DNA from: Deltaproteobacteria bacterium SM23_61
GTDB taxonomy: Bacteria > Desulfobacterota > SM23-61
Direction of reading: 5' to 3'
DNA length: 60,017 nucleotides
Assembly: GCA_001304105.1 (NCBI GenBank)
Contig: LJUR01000006.1
Span: forward strand, 1-60,017
The first letter of the stretch is position 1. Each line of letters opens with the position of its first letter. This document shows, piece after piece, positions 52,207 to 60,017 of this stretch. A program made the translations under genes and the position numbers. The notes below the pieces were generated by a model. The model saw only the letters and a list, made by a program, of their open reading frames with translations, was not told the origin of the DNA and did not search any database.

Positions 52207-52604
52207 GAGTTTCCTACGCTTTCGATTTCCACCGTGTGTTCTTTGGGACTGAATTTTAAAGCGAGGCTCCTTTCGTCATTCGCCAATCCCTTCAGATGTG
52301 AGAATATAATCATTATTGCTATATTTGACCCTATAATTCAATCGGTCCTCCGGAAAAAATAAGTATCTCTCTTCCTGTTATGAAAACCGGGGCAGACATT
52401 GGGGGTTCCAGGTGATCGGGACGAAGCAGACGGCCCAGGTGAGAAAGATTTAGACCTGCCTGTGCGACCTACCTACGCCCGCCGAAGCGCTGGCTTCGCG
52501 TAGGCGGGAGCCCCTCCGGCGAAGGCAGGGCGGAACCTCTTATCGATTTGAGTCGAGTCCCGCGAGCAAGGGTTGCGCCGAAGGCGTGATGACTGCCCGT
52601 TCCC

Positions 52605-53888
52605 TCAGCTGAAATCTTGAACCCTCCAATGGGGCCGGGCGATGGCCCAACTTTTCAGAGTATCATGCAGCCAAGGCTCAAGGCCTTTTGCCATGTAGAA
52701 TCGTGGGAAAAGAAGGTCATCCTGAGATGGAATCGCTCCTTCCTCTAAGGCCTTCTCCGCGAGAAGGGTCTGTGGATAAATACGGACCCCCGCGGTGACT
52801 TTCAAGGTATCCAGATTTAGGGAATCGGCGAAAAGAAGGCTTTCTTCAACGGATTCTCTCGTTTCACCAGGACTCCCTAATAATAGAAACCCCATTCGCC
52901 TGATGCCATGGCCAGATAAGATCTCGGAAATTTGTCGCACCTCTTCAAGGGTAAACCTCTTATTCATATTCTTTAGAATTCGTTCAGAACCGCTTTCAAA
53001 CCCCATACTCACTTGCTCACAACCGGCTCTGGCCATGAGCCCTACCAATTCTTTAGCCATATGCTTAGGGTAAAGGATGCACCACCATCTTATATTCAGG
53101 TCGTAATCAATCAGCTTCCGACAGATTTCTTTGGCATAGGAGGACGGAAGGTTGAAGGTGTTGTCAACGAAGTAGAACTGATGAACCCCAATATTCCGCC
53201 AGTGGGCGATCCATTGGATAATGGACTCTGGAGAATGTTTCCTGATCATCCAACCTTCAATGGTTCCTGTGCTGCAATAACTGCAGTTCAAAGGACATCC
53301 TCGTCTGGTCTGAACCGGCATCCAGAGGTCTTCTTCTTGAGAGGATGGTGAAAAGAGGGTGGTATCAGGAAGAGGTAAGGTATCCAGATTTTTCTCAAAC
53401 GTTCTTTCACCCTGGAGGCCATGGCCGGGCAGATAAAGACCCGGCAACCCTGAAAGGCCCGCGCCCTTTTCAATTCGTTCTACCACGCTTGGAAATACCC
53501 CTTCTCCCTCGCCTTGAATTCCCATGTCTGCACCTAAGAAGGACAGGGCACTTTCTGGAAAGATGCTATATCCTGCGCCGCCTAAAACGATTGGGGCCTC
53601 TGAAAGACTTCGGCAACCCGTTACGATTTCTTTGACCGGATCTAACAGGAATCTGGGATGGTCCATATTCTGGTCGTCGATATTCCTTACCGATAGTCCG
53701 ATCACATCTGGGCGGCAACCTTCGATCGCCTCTTTGAGAACGGATCGCATCTCCTTTTCGGCCATCAAATCCACCATGGCCACATCGTGCCCCGCTCTTT
53801 GGGTTGCGGCTGCCACACAGGCCAAACCAAGGGGTAAGGTGGGCATCGTTATCTTTTCTGTGTTCGCTGAAACGAGAAGAACTCTCAT
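52605..53888 (-). CDS. Cobalamin-binding-domain radical SAM enzyme (class B)
   Basis: N-terminal B12-binding fold (RVLLVSAN..GLACVAA..GHDVAMVDL) and the radical SAM cluster RGCPLNCSYCS. Confidence 0.85.
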   Translation of the reverse strand: MRVLLVSANTEKITMPTLPLGLACVAAATQRAGHDVAMVDLMAEKEMRSVLKEAIEGCRPDVIGLSVRNIDDQNMDHPRFLLDPVKEIVTGCRSLSEAPIVLGGAGYSIFPESALSFLGADMGIQGEGEGVFPSVVERIEKGAGLSGLPGLYLPGHGLQGERTFEKNLDTLPLPDTTLFSPSSQEEDLWMPVQTRRGCPLNCSYCSTGTIEGWMIRKHSPESIIQWIAHWRNIGVHQFYFVDNTFNLPSSYAKEICRKLIDYDLNIRWWCILYPKHMAKELVGLMARAGCEQVSMGFESGSERILKNMNKRFTLEEVRQISEILSGHGIRRMGFLLLGSPGETRESVEESLLFADSLNLDTLKVTAGVRIYPQTLLAEKALEEGAIPSQDDLLFPRFYMAKGLEPWLHDTLKSWAIARPHWRVQDFS

Positions 53889-53928
53889 GGTTTAAATCGG
53901 AGTTCTACTTTTCCTTTCCTTTTACGCT

Positions 53929-54285
53929 TTACGTCTTTTTCTTACTCGTCCTGGCGTGTTTTTCTGGTAAGGTAAGAGCGTATTCCTTCCCCAGATTCAA
54001 CCAATTCTCTATGTCTTCTTGCTTCTTCCATCCCCGCTCTCTTACCATCACCCATCCCTTCAAAGCCTTTCCTGTAATATCGAATGGCTTGACATTCTTC
54101 TCTTTTAATTTTTTCTCGGCTACGTCGATTCCAGTTCTTACAATCAGATAATCTTTGTATATTCCAAAACACATATTCCCATTAAGAAGATAGCATATCC
54201 CACCAAACATTTTCTTCTTCTCTATTTTTCTCCAATGTCCGATCATCCTTTCTATTTTCTCCTCAATCACCTTACTATAAGGCAT
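53929..54285 (-). CDS. TfoX N-terminal-domain protein
   Basis: KKMFGGICYLLNGNMCFGIYKDYLIVR. Start set to MPYSKV (54285) behind GAGGAGGAAG, because the upstream part of the track ORF overlaps the amidase. Confidence 0.7.
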   Translation of the reverse strand: MPYSKVIEEKIERMIGHWRKIEKKKMFGGICYLLNGNMCFGIYKDYLIVRTGIDVAEKKLKEKNVKPFDITGKALKGWVMVRERGWKKQEDIENWLNLGKEYALTLPEKHARTSKKKT

Positions 54286-54313
54286 TTGATCTTCCTCCTC
54301 GCGCCTTCTCGGC

Positions 54314-55747
54314 TCACGCTGATACGGGTGGGAAGCGGTTACTCCACGGCCGGGCTGACTCCAACTGCGCTGCCAGACGAAAAAGGGTAGCTTCGTCCCC
54401 AAACCGCCCGACAAAGTGGACACCTACGGGAAGGCCTTCAGCATTCCAGTACAGGGGAACTGACATGGCCGGCTGCCCTGTGGCGTTGCAGATCGGGGTG
54501 AAGGGGACGAAGGCCTGCGCCCGGAGAAGACCTTGAAAAGGATTCTCCGGAGGTGAATCGAACGTGCCCAGGGGCACGGGAGGCTCGCCGAGGGTGGGAG
54601 TGAGCCAGACATCGTATTTGAGGAAGAATCGGGCAATGTCCCGGCCCACTTTCTGAAGAAAACTCAGAGAAAGCAAATAGGACGAAGCGCTTTGCTGACG
54701 TCCCATCTCGCACAAAGCCCAGGTAAGAGGTTCAAATTGATCCCTGGCAGGGGTCTGACCCGTTGCCAGTCGTAGGCCGTCCATTGTCCATGCACAACCG
54801 GCCGACCATAAAACCATAAAACTCTTGGTGATCAACTCTCCGTTTACCTCTGGGGTCACCTCCACCACTTCGTGCCCCAAGTCCGCACATAATGTGGCTG
54901 CGCCCCGCACCGCGTTCGTGCAATCTGCATGTATGATACCCCCTGTGGGTGAACTAACAGTAAAAGCAATACGCAGTTTTCCGGGGTCAGCTTCCACTTC
55001 TTGGATGAACGGACGGGCAGGCGGGGGTGCCCAGTATGGATCACCTACGTCGGGTCCTGCCGTCGCATCGAGCAAGGCAGCACTGTCGCGCACCGAGCGT
55101 GTGAGAGCATGATCTGCCACCAGTCCGCTGAAAATGTCACCGAAGTCTGGGCCTAGGGGATTGCGTGCCCGGGTGGGCTTGAGACCAAACAGCCCGCAAC
55201 ACGAAGCCGGAATACGAATGGAGCCGCCGCCATCATTCCCATGGGCCATTGGAACTAAGCGCGCTGCGACGGCAGCCGCTGAACCCCCACTGGAACCGCC
55301 TGGGGTGCGATGGACGTCCCAGGGGTTACGGGTGGGGCCAAATAGAAGAGGCTCGGTGGTCGGAAGGATGCCTAACTCCGGTGTGTTTGTCTTCCCGACA
55401 ATGATTAAACCAGCACGTTTCAGCCGGCCAACTAGTTCGCTGTCATGATCGGGTACAAAGTTTCGCATAAAGGCTGAACCCATGGTCATCCGTACTCCTG
55501 CAAAAGGGGCCCCGAGGTCCTTCAACAGAAAGGGTACGCCGGCAAAGGGACCCTCTCCCAGTTTGCCAGTAGCGAGTTCGCGAGCTTGTTCATACATCGG
55601 CGTGACCACTGTGTTGAGGGCTGAGTTCAAGCGCTCAATCCTATCAATAGCAGCATCCACGAGTTCAATTGGCTTGACCTGTTTCTGCTTCACCAGCCGA
55701 GCTAGGGCCGTCGCATCGAGGGAGCTGAATTCTTCCATTCTTGCCAT
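54314..55747 (-). CDS. Amidase-signature (GatA-like) amidase
   Basis: [35 protein letters not shown]. Start set to MARMEEF (55747) behind AAGGAG. Confidence 0.88.
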   Translation of the reverse strand: MARMEEFSSLDATALARLVKQKQVKPIELVDAAIDRIERLNSALNTVVTPMYEQARELATGKLGEGPFAGVPFLLKDLGAPFAGVRMTMGSAFMRNFVPDHDSELVGRLKRAGLIIVGKTNTPELGILPTTEPLLFGPTRNPWDVHRTPGGSSGGSAAAVAARLVPMAHGNDGGGSIRIPASCCGLFGLKPTRARNPLGPDFGDIFSGLVADHALTRSVRDSAALLDATAGPDVGDPYWAPPPARPFIQEVEADPGKLRIAFTVSSPTGGIIHADCTNAVRGAATLCADLGHEVVEVTPEVNGELITKSFMVLWSAGCAWTMDGLRLATGQTPARDQFEPLTWALCEMGRQQSASSYLLSLSFLQKVGRDIARFFLKYDVWLTPTLGEPPVPLGTFDSPPENPFQGLLRAQAFVPFTPICNATGQPAMSVPLYWNAEGLPVGVHFVGRFGDEATLFRLAAQLESARPWSNRFPPVSA

Positions 55748-55827
55748 AGGCCTACTCCTTTGCAGCTCTTTAAAAGTCAAAAATATCAGACCTTGAATCG
55801 GGAATCAAGAATAGAAGTGAAAGAGGG

Positions 55828-56063
55828 GTAATCCCTCAGTTATGAGGATGAAATGCACCGTCCCGGCAGGGGTGCTTCCGAAAATCTTAGAATGCGGGTG
55901 GCATTGATATCCATGATGGTAGGGTAATATCCACTGATTGAACGGAGTGGTGAAAAGCGTTGGATGAACGTCTGGAGTTGAGGGGCGAAGCTAAGGTTGC
56001 CGCTCTAAAATTTTCTCCAGCATCCCTGTCGGTCCTGTTTTGTACCCGAGACTGAGGGGTTAC
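55828..56063. mobile_element. MITE-like element, subfamily B copy 2 (inverted relative to 51424-51656)
   Basis: Outer ends GTAATCCCTCAGT ... ACTGAGGGGTTAC are reverse complements. Its reverse complement aligns with copy 1 over both arms (..GACAGGGATGCTGGAGAAAATTTTAGAGCGG.. / ..CCCGCATTCTAAGATTTTCGGAAG..). Track ORF 55887..56084 is read from it. Confidence 0.55.
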
Positions 56064-56257
56064 AAAGAGGGTCCACAAATTCACGATGCGTTAATGAACA
56101 AAAAAACAACACAACGGCAATTTTTTATGAGGGGAAAACCCGGGAGACGTCAGGAGCGACGTGTTGGGACTGAGATAGCAGAAGAAACAGAGCGTCGTGT
56201 TTTCTCACGGTAAATGGCAAGGCCTGGGCGGTAAGGGGGGAGGTTTTTCTGCTAAGG

Positions 56258-56422
56258 TTATGAAGGGTTTGGTTCTTGCTCACTCTCTATAATCATTTTC
56301 AGGTACCACTGGAGAAGATCGATGCTACTCTCATCCTCCTCCTGGATCTCTTTTTTTCCATTTGGACGATCCTCACTATTTACAGGGTGAGCCTTTCTAT
56401 TTTCTTCTTCATCTAAAGTCAT
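56258..56422 (-). CDS. Possible small acidic protein (54 aa)
   Basis: Hand translation gives MTLDEEENRKAHPVNSEDRPNGKKEIQEEDESSIDLLQWYLKMIIESEQEPNPS*. AAGGGGA lies ~11 nt upstream. It is below the track length cutoff and may be a gene stub. Confidence 0.2.
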   Translation of the reverse strand: MTLDEEENRKAHPVNSEDRPNGKKEIQEEDESSIDLLQWYLKMIIESEQEPNPS

Positions 56423-57244
56423 ATATCCTATGTCCCCTTAGGGATACTAGCAAAATTCATTCCCGAACAGTACCATTTCGAATACAATTCTATGTAACTA
56501 TTTGGATTCCAAATGATTTCCTGAATTTGATTTGGTTGAATTCTACAAAAATCATGAGACGAAAATTTAAAATAGTGGATAATATTTTGTCGGTATTGCC
56601 GGAAATCGTCGGTAGAGGGACTTGAATAATGTCTTCAATATCGGATGGTAGTATCTTTTCGAAATGAAAACAGTTTTGGGATTATAGGTTACCCTATTGA
56701 TGGCCTAACACATCGTCAAAACTGAGGTTCTGGAGGATCAATAAATCTCAAGAAATCATCTCAGACCTCCATGTCAAGATTGCCGGTGATCCAGACGCAT
56801 CCTCCTTTTTTGGTCAAATCAATCTAAAAATTGTTATCCTTTAATATATTGATTTTTTTGAGTTATTCGATATTCTCGAAGAATGAAAGACAGTTTGTCA
56901 ATTACAGCAAGCCATCTCACAAAATCTACTTTTTAAATTCCACTTTTAATTTCAATAAGTTTTGAATTTATTAGGAATTGGTACCACAGTTGCATCAATT
57001 ATCAATCTTCGTTGTTGAGCTTTGGGATTCGGTGTGAAAGGAGAGAATTGATGCGAACCATTTTCTTTGCCCACCTCATGATATCGTGCAGATACATCCT
57101 TAAAGCTTACGTATGTCACTATGGCGATAGTGTACTAGAATGGTGCCGTTCAATTACCAAAATTAAAGTCTTATTTATTAGTGATTGATCACCAGCCTCA
57201 TTACACCAAAGGAGATATGACGCCTGGCAGGCCCTCCTCACCGC

Positions 57245-58156
57245 TTACAGCGGTCGGAACCAATCCTTGTGCCACCAGAGCCACTCCCACGGTCGAAGAC
57301 GAATCTGTCTCTCCAGTAAGCCCATCAATGCCTTCGCCTGACCCTCCTGATCAACCCCTTCAGAGTCCCCCGGAATGGCGGGGAAGATCTGGATCTGATG
57401 GATCTTTCTGCCGAGCCGACTCATGGTCAGGGGGACAATGGCTGCGCCGGTCATTCTGGCAAGCCGGGCAAAGCCATCATAGAGGGGAAAGGGACGGGTC
57501 AAAAAGAGTACCTCTAGGTCGCTTGACCTGGGGAATTGGTCCATGAAGAGCCAGAGGATCCCGTTTTCTTTCAAGACCTTGACGAGAGAGAAGTAGGACT
57601 TGCCTTTGTAAATAGTCTTTATCCCGAATTGCTCTCGTGTCTCCAGTAAGACTTTCTCGACCCGAGAGTCCTTTTCTGCCCGCGCGAGGAGATGGAAGGT
57701 ATGGCCTGCCAACCCCATCCTCAGCGGAACAATCAAAAAATTGCCCAGGTGAACGCTTGCACAGATCACTCCTTTGCCCCGGCGGCGGGCTTCCTCCAGA
57801 TGATTCAGCCCCTTGATTTGGATCCTTTGGTAGATCTCCTCCTTGGGGAAATTTACGAACCGGAACATCTCCAGAAACGTCAAGAAGATGTGGTGAAAAT
57901 TTTGGCGGGCGAGCCGGGATGCTGCGCCACCGGACGGCAAGTCCAAGACGTGCTGGAGATTGCGGATGGTCAGGGAGCGCTTTCTCCGCAGGCAGGCGAA
58001 GACGAGGTTTCCTCCCAACTTGCCCAAAGGGTTGATCCAACCCGGGGGTAGATGTCCGAACGCTTTTTTTGTAAGTGAGAAAGTCCGGCCCCCCAATTCT
58101 AGTACGGCCCGTTCGATCGGCGACTTTCTCTTCCGAGTCTTCGTTTCGCTAGGCAT
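57245..58156 (-). CDS. LpxL/HtrB-family lipid A (lysophospholipid) acyltransferase
   Basis: ~300 aa, N-terminal basic segment, HLGNF (the HX4-type acyltransferase motif region). Start set to MPSETK (58156) behind GGAG, because the track start is a TTG. Confidence 0.75.
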   Translation of the reverse strand: MPSETKTRKRKSPIERAVLELGGRTFSLTKKAFGHLPPGWINPLGKLGGNLVFACLRRKRSLTIRNLQHVLDLPSGGAASRLARQNFHHIFLTFLEMFRFVNFPKEEIYQRIQIKGLNHLEEARRRGKGVICASVHLGNFLIVPLRMGLAGHTFHLLARAEKDSRVEKVLLETREQFGIKTIYKGKSYFSLVKVLKENGILWLFMDQFPRSSDLEVLFLTRPFPLYDGFARLARMTGAAIVPLTMSRLGRKIHQIQIFPAIPGDSEGVDQEGQAKALMGLLERQIRLRPWEWLWWHKDWFRPL

Positions 58157-58438
58157 GATTGGTCTCCGTTTACTCTCACAAGGGCCCTTCAAAAGAGGAA
58201 TTCAGGAATGCAGTGTGACGTCTTGAAATGAGCCAGATCCCCTGCCAAGATTATTCACACCAAATTCACACCCAACTCTTGGGCAAGTCATAATTTCATG
58301 AACGTCTCGAAGCATAATATCTGGCTACGGGTAAGAATATACTCGTCAGCTTGGATGTTCGTCAAGTTGTTTACTAGACTCACAGCTTACCCTTGGCTTG
58401 CAGGGAGCATCCATTCTGTTTTAAAAATAGAAAACAAG

Positions 58439-59248
58439 ATGGCGAATCAGATGGACTACTATCAGATTTTAGAGGTGGAGAAAGAGGCTTCACCACAGAG
58501 GATCAAAGAGGCTTACCGGAGACTGGCGTTCCAATACCATCCGGATAAGAATCGAGGAAATCCTTCGGCGGTTGAAAGGATGAAGGAGATCAACGAGGCT
58601 TACGCTGTCCTCTCCGATCCTAAAAAGAGAAGGGACTATGATGCATTTCATGAGCGGTACGGTCCTTATGGGTACGAACGGTTCAAGCAGACCTATTCTG
58701 AACAGGATATATTCCGAGGGTCTGACATCTATCAGATTTTTGAGGAGATGGCCAGGGCCTTCGGGTTCCGGGGCTTTGAAGAGGTCTTCAGGGAATCGTA
58801 TGGCCAAGGATACCGCAGCTTTGAATTTCGAAGACCAGGAGTTTTTGGCAGGGGATTTATATTTTTCGGTCCTGGTTTTGGGAGAGGTGACCGACAAGAG
58901 ATTCCTGTTTCCTCGGAGATCTTCCCGGGAGTCACGGGTAGATTCGTTCGTTATCTCTTAAAGAAGACGCTTGGGGTAGCAGAACCCGTTCGGGGGAAAG
59001 ACCTGGAAGACGTTATCCATCTCGATCCACAGCAGGCCCTTGAGGGGGCGAAGGGGAAATACTTTCACCGAAAGAGATCGAAAGAGTTGATCATTACTGT
59101 TCCTTCCGGAGTGAAGGAGGGTCAGAAGATAAGACTAAAGGGGATGGGTGAACCGGGGAAAGACGGTGGAGAAGCTGGGGATCTTTATTTGAGAGTGAGA
59201 ATCAAGCAACCGCTGTTACAGAGAGTCAGAAAACTCTTGAAACTTTGA
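58439..59248 (+). CDS. J-domain protein with DnaJ C-terminal-like domain
   Basis: DYYQILEVEKEASPQRIKEAYRRLAFQYHPDKN (HPD motif), Gly/Phe-rich middle, C-terminal GQKIRLKGMGEPG..GDLYLRVRI. Start set to MANQMDYY (58439). Confidence 0.85.
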   Translation: MANQMDYYQILEVEKEASPQRIKEAYRRLAFQYHPDKNRGNPSAVERMKEINEAYAVLSDPKKRRDYDAFHERYGPYGYERFKQTYSEQDIFRGSDIYQIFEEMARAFGFRGFEEVFRESYGQGYRSFEFRRPGVFGRGFIFFGPGFGRGDRQEIPVSSEIFPGVTGRFVRYLLKKTLGVAEPVRGKDLEDVIHLDPQQALEGAKGKYFHRKRSKELIITVPSGVKEGQKIRLKGMGEPGKDGGEAGDLYLRVRIKQPLLQRVRKLLKL

Positions 59249-59335
59249 TCCTCGATATTTCAGTCTCTTTTGATCATCTTCTAAATTCTTTCATTAATAT
59301 TTTGATCGCAGAGCGATTCAAGGGTACCTCCCATC

Positions 59336-60017
59336 TCATAAACTTAAGCTACGCTTCTCTGGCTTGCGATTTCGAACCTTTCCATTTTTTTTCTTAGCAA
59401 CGGCAAGAGGTTTTATTTTTTCGTCTTTTGAGACGGGAATGAGAAGGATCATCCCCTTTGAAATCCGGCTCGTCTTTTTCAGATGGTTGATTTCAAGCAA
59501 TGGCTTAAGATCTACCCGGTAGGATCTAGCAATCCTTCCCAGGGTGTCTCCGTTCTTGACGCGATAGGTTTTGAATTCAAACGGCTCAAGTGGCCCTAGG
59601 GCTTCGAGGTTTTTCAAGAAGAGATCCTTTTTCCCGGAGGGGATTTTGATCTCATACTCGAGTTCATTTGGAGGCGTTACCCCCCTTTTAAGTTCCGGGT
59701 TAAGATCTTTAATTTCTTTAAGGGAGGTTTCGCAGGCTTTGGCCACGAGGGAGAGGGCTGTCAACTCGGGAACCTTTACCTTTTCGTACTGAAGAGGTTC
59801 CGCATATTCGACATCGGTGAATCCATATTTTTCAGGGTCCTTGGCAATGAGCGCGGCTGCAATCATCTGGGGAACATAATTTTTGGTCTCCCGTTTCAGA
59901 TAGCGATATTTCGTCAGTTTCCAGAAGTCTTCTGTCCGATAACGTTTCATTGCTTTGATGATCTTGTATTCTCCTGCATTGTAACCCGCCGCAACGAGAT
60001 ACCAACATTCGAACGTC
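59336..60017 (-). CDS. MltD-like lytic transglycosylase with LysM domain (5' end beyond the window)
   Basis: The frame stays open to the window edge (..VAAGYNAGEYKIIKAMKRY = end of the SLT domain). The C-terminal LysM is YRVKNGDTLGRIARSYRVDLKPLLEINHL. Confidence 0.75.
   Translation of the reverse strand, partial: TFECWYLVAAGYNAGEYKIIKAMKRYRTEDFWKLTKYRYLKRETKNYVPQMIAAALIAKDPEKYGFTDVEYAEPLQYEKVKVPELTALSLVAKACETSLKEIKDLNPELKRGVTPPNELEYEIKIPSGKKDLFLKNLEALGPLEPFEFKTYRVKNGDTLGRIARSYRVDLKPLLEINHLKKTSRISKGMILLIPVSKDEKIKPLAVAKKKNGKVRNRKPEKRSLSL

Noticed and set aside
52207-52604. Searched for a RiPP-type precursor peptide next to the B12-radical SAM gene.
   Set aside because: The only candidate is a 22-codon ORF (MSAPVFITGREILIFSGGPIEL) without an RBS. 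No other maturation or export genes are adjacent, so there is no support for a RiPP cluster.
56560-56850. Replication origin considered because of AT-richness and DnaA-box-like strings (AGTGGATAA at ~56573, TTATCCTTT at ~56833).
   Set aside because: There are only one or two imperfect boxes, no clustered array and no dnaA/dnaN neighbourhood. The evidence is insufficient.
57051-57188. 45-aa plus-strand ORF with a good AAAGGAG RBS in the AT-rich region.
   Set aside because: It has no homology signal that I can recognise and lies in stop-rich AT DNA. It is mentioned under the AT-rich finding but not called as a gene.

Overview
This is a bacterial chromosomal window of moderate-to-high GC. I found no rRNA, tRNA or CRISPR. 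Taxon cannot be determined from sequence alone. Almost every real gene is on the minus strand.

Gene content by region:
- 1-9.4 kb: an accessory-looking patch. It holds a DUF3300 gene, a rhodanese, a vapBC pair, a FixL/FixJ-like two-component pair plus an orphan receiver, small proteins, and several gene relics. The relics are a ParA/cytochrome-c chimera, a ferredoxin stub, a CoA-disulfide-reductase stub and a DUF2950-like stub.
- 9.4-49.0 kb: an uninterrupted co-directional array for sugar and glycogen catabolism. Genes in coordinate order are pgi, ackA, pta, AOR-family oxidoreductase + ferredoxin, eno, pgm, gpmA, gap, a K+ channel, ldh, GH65 phosphorylase + beta-PGM, pyk, pfk, glk, fba and glgP.
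- Inside that array sit a 7-gene V-type ATPase operon in permuted order (B-D-I-K | E-DUF2764-A) and an RND efflux operon. The efflux operon carries three lesions: a 43-bp tandem duplication, a 17-bp tandem duplication, and an outer-membrane factor with no signal peptide.
- 49-60 kb: hypothetical and metalloprotease-like genes, DUF2889, a B12-radical SAM enzyme, TfoX, an amidase, a 1.4-kb AT-rich orphan region, an LpxL-like acyltransferase, a J-domain protein (the only convincing plus-strand gene) and a partial MltD-like transglycosylase.

Repeats: many intergenic spacers are occupied by repeats of three kinds.
- Dyad 'word-stutter' hairpins built from words such as GGAGTA, AGTGGCAAG, CGGAAT and TGCATTT.
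- The palindrome CCTGCCTGCCGGCAGGCAGG.
- A MITE-like family with about 38-nt terminal inverted repeats, four copies.
- One word-hairpin pair carries a four-helix-bundle (23S-IVS/Avd family) ORF inserted between the kinase and its regulator.

Most interesting candidates:
- The glycolysis/fermentation/V-ATPase super-island.
- The enolase-ferredoxin-AOR translational coupling, in an island that lacks pgk and tpi.
- The repeat systems that bracket and even terminate genes.
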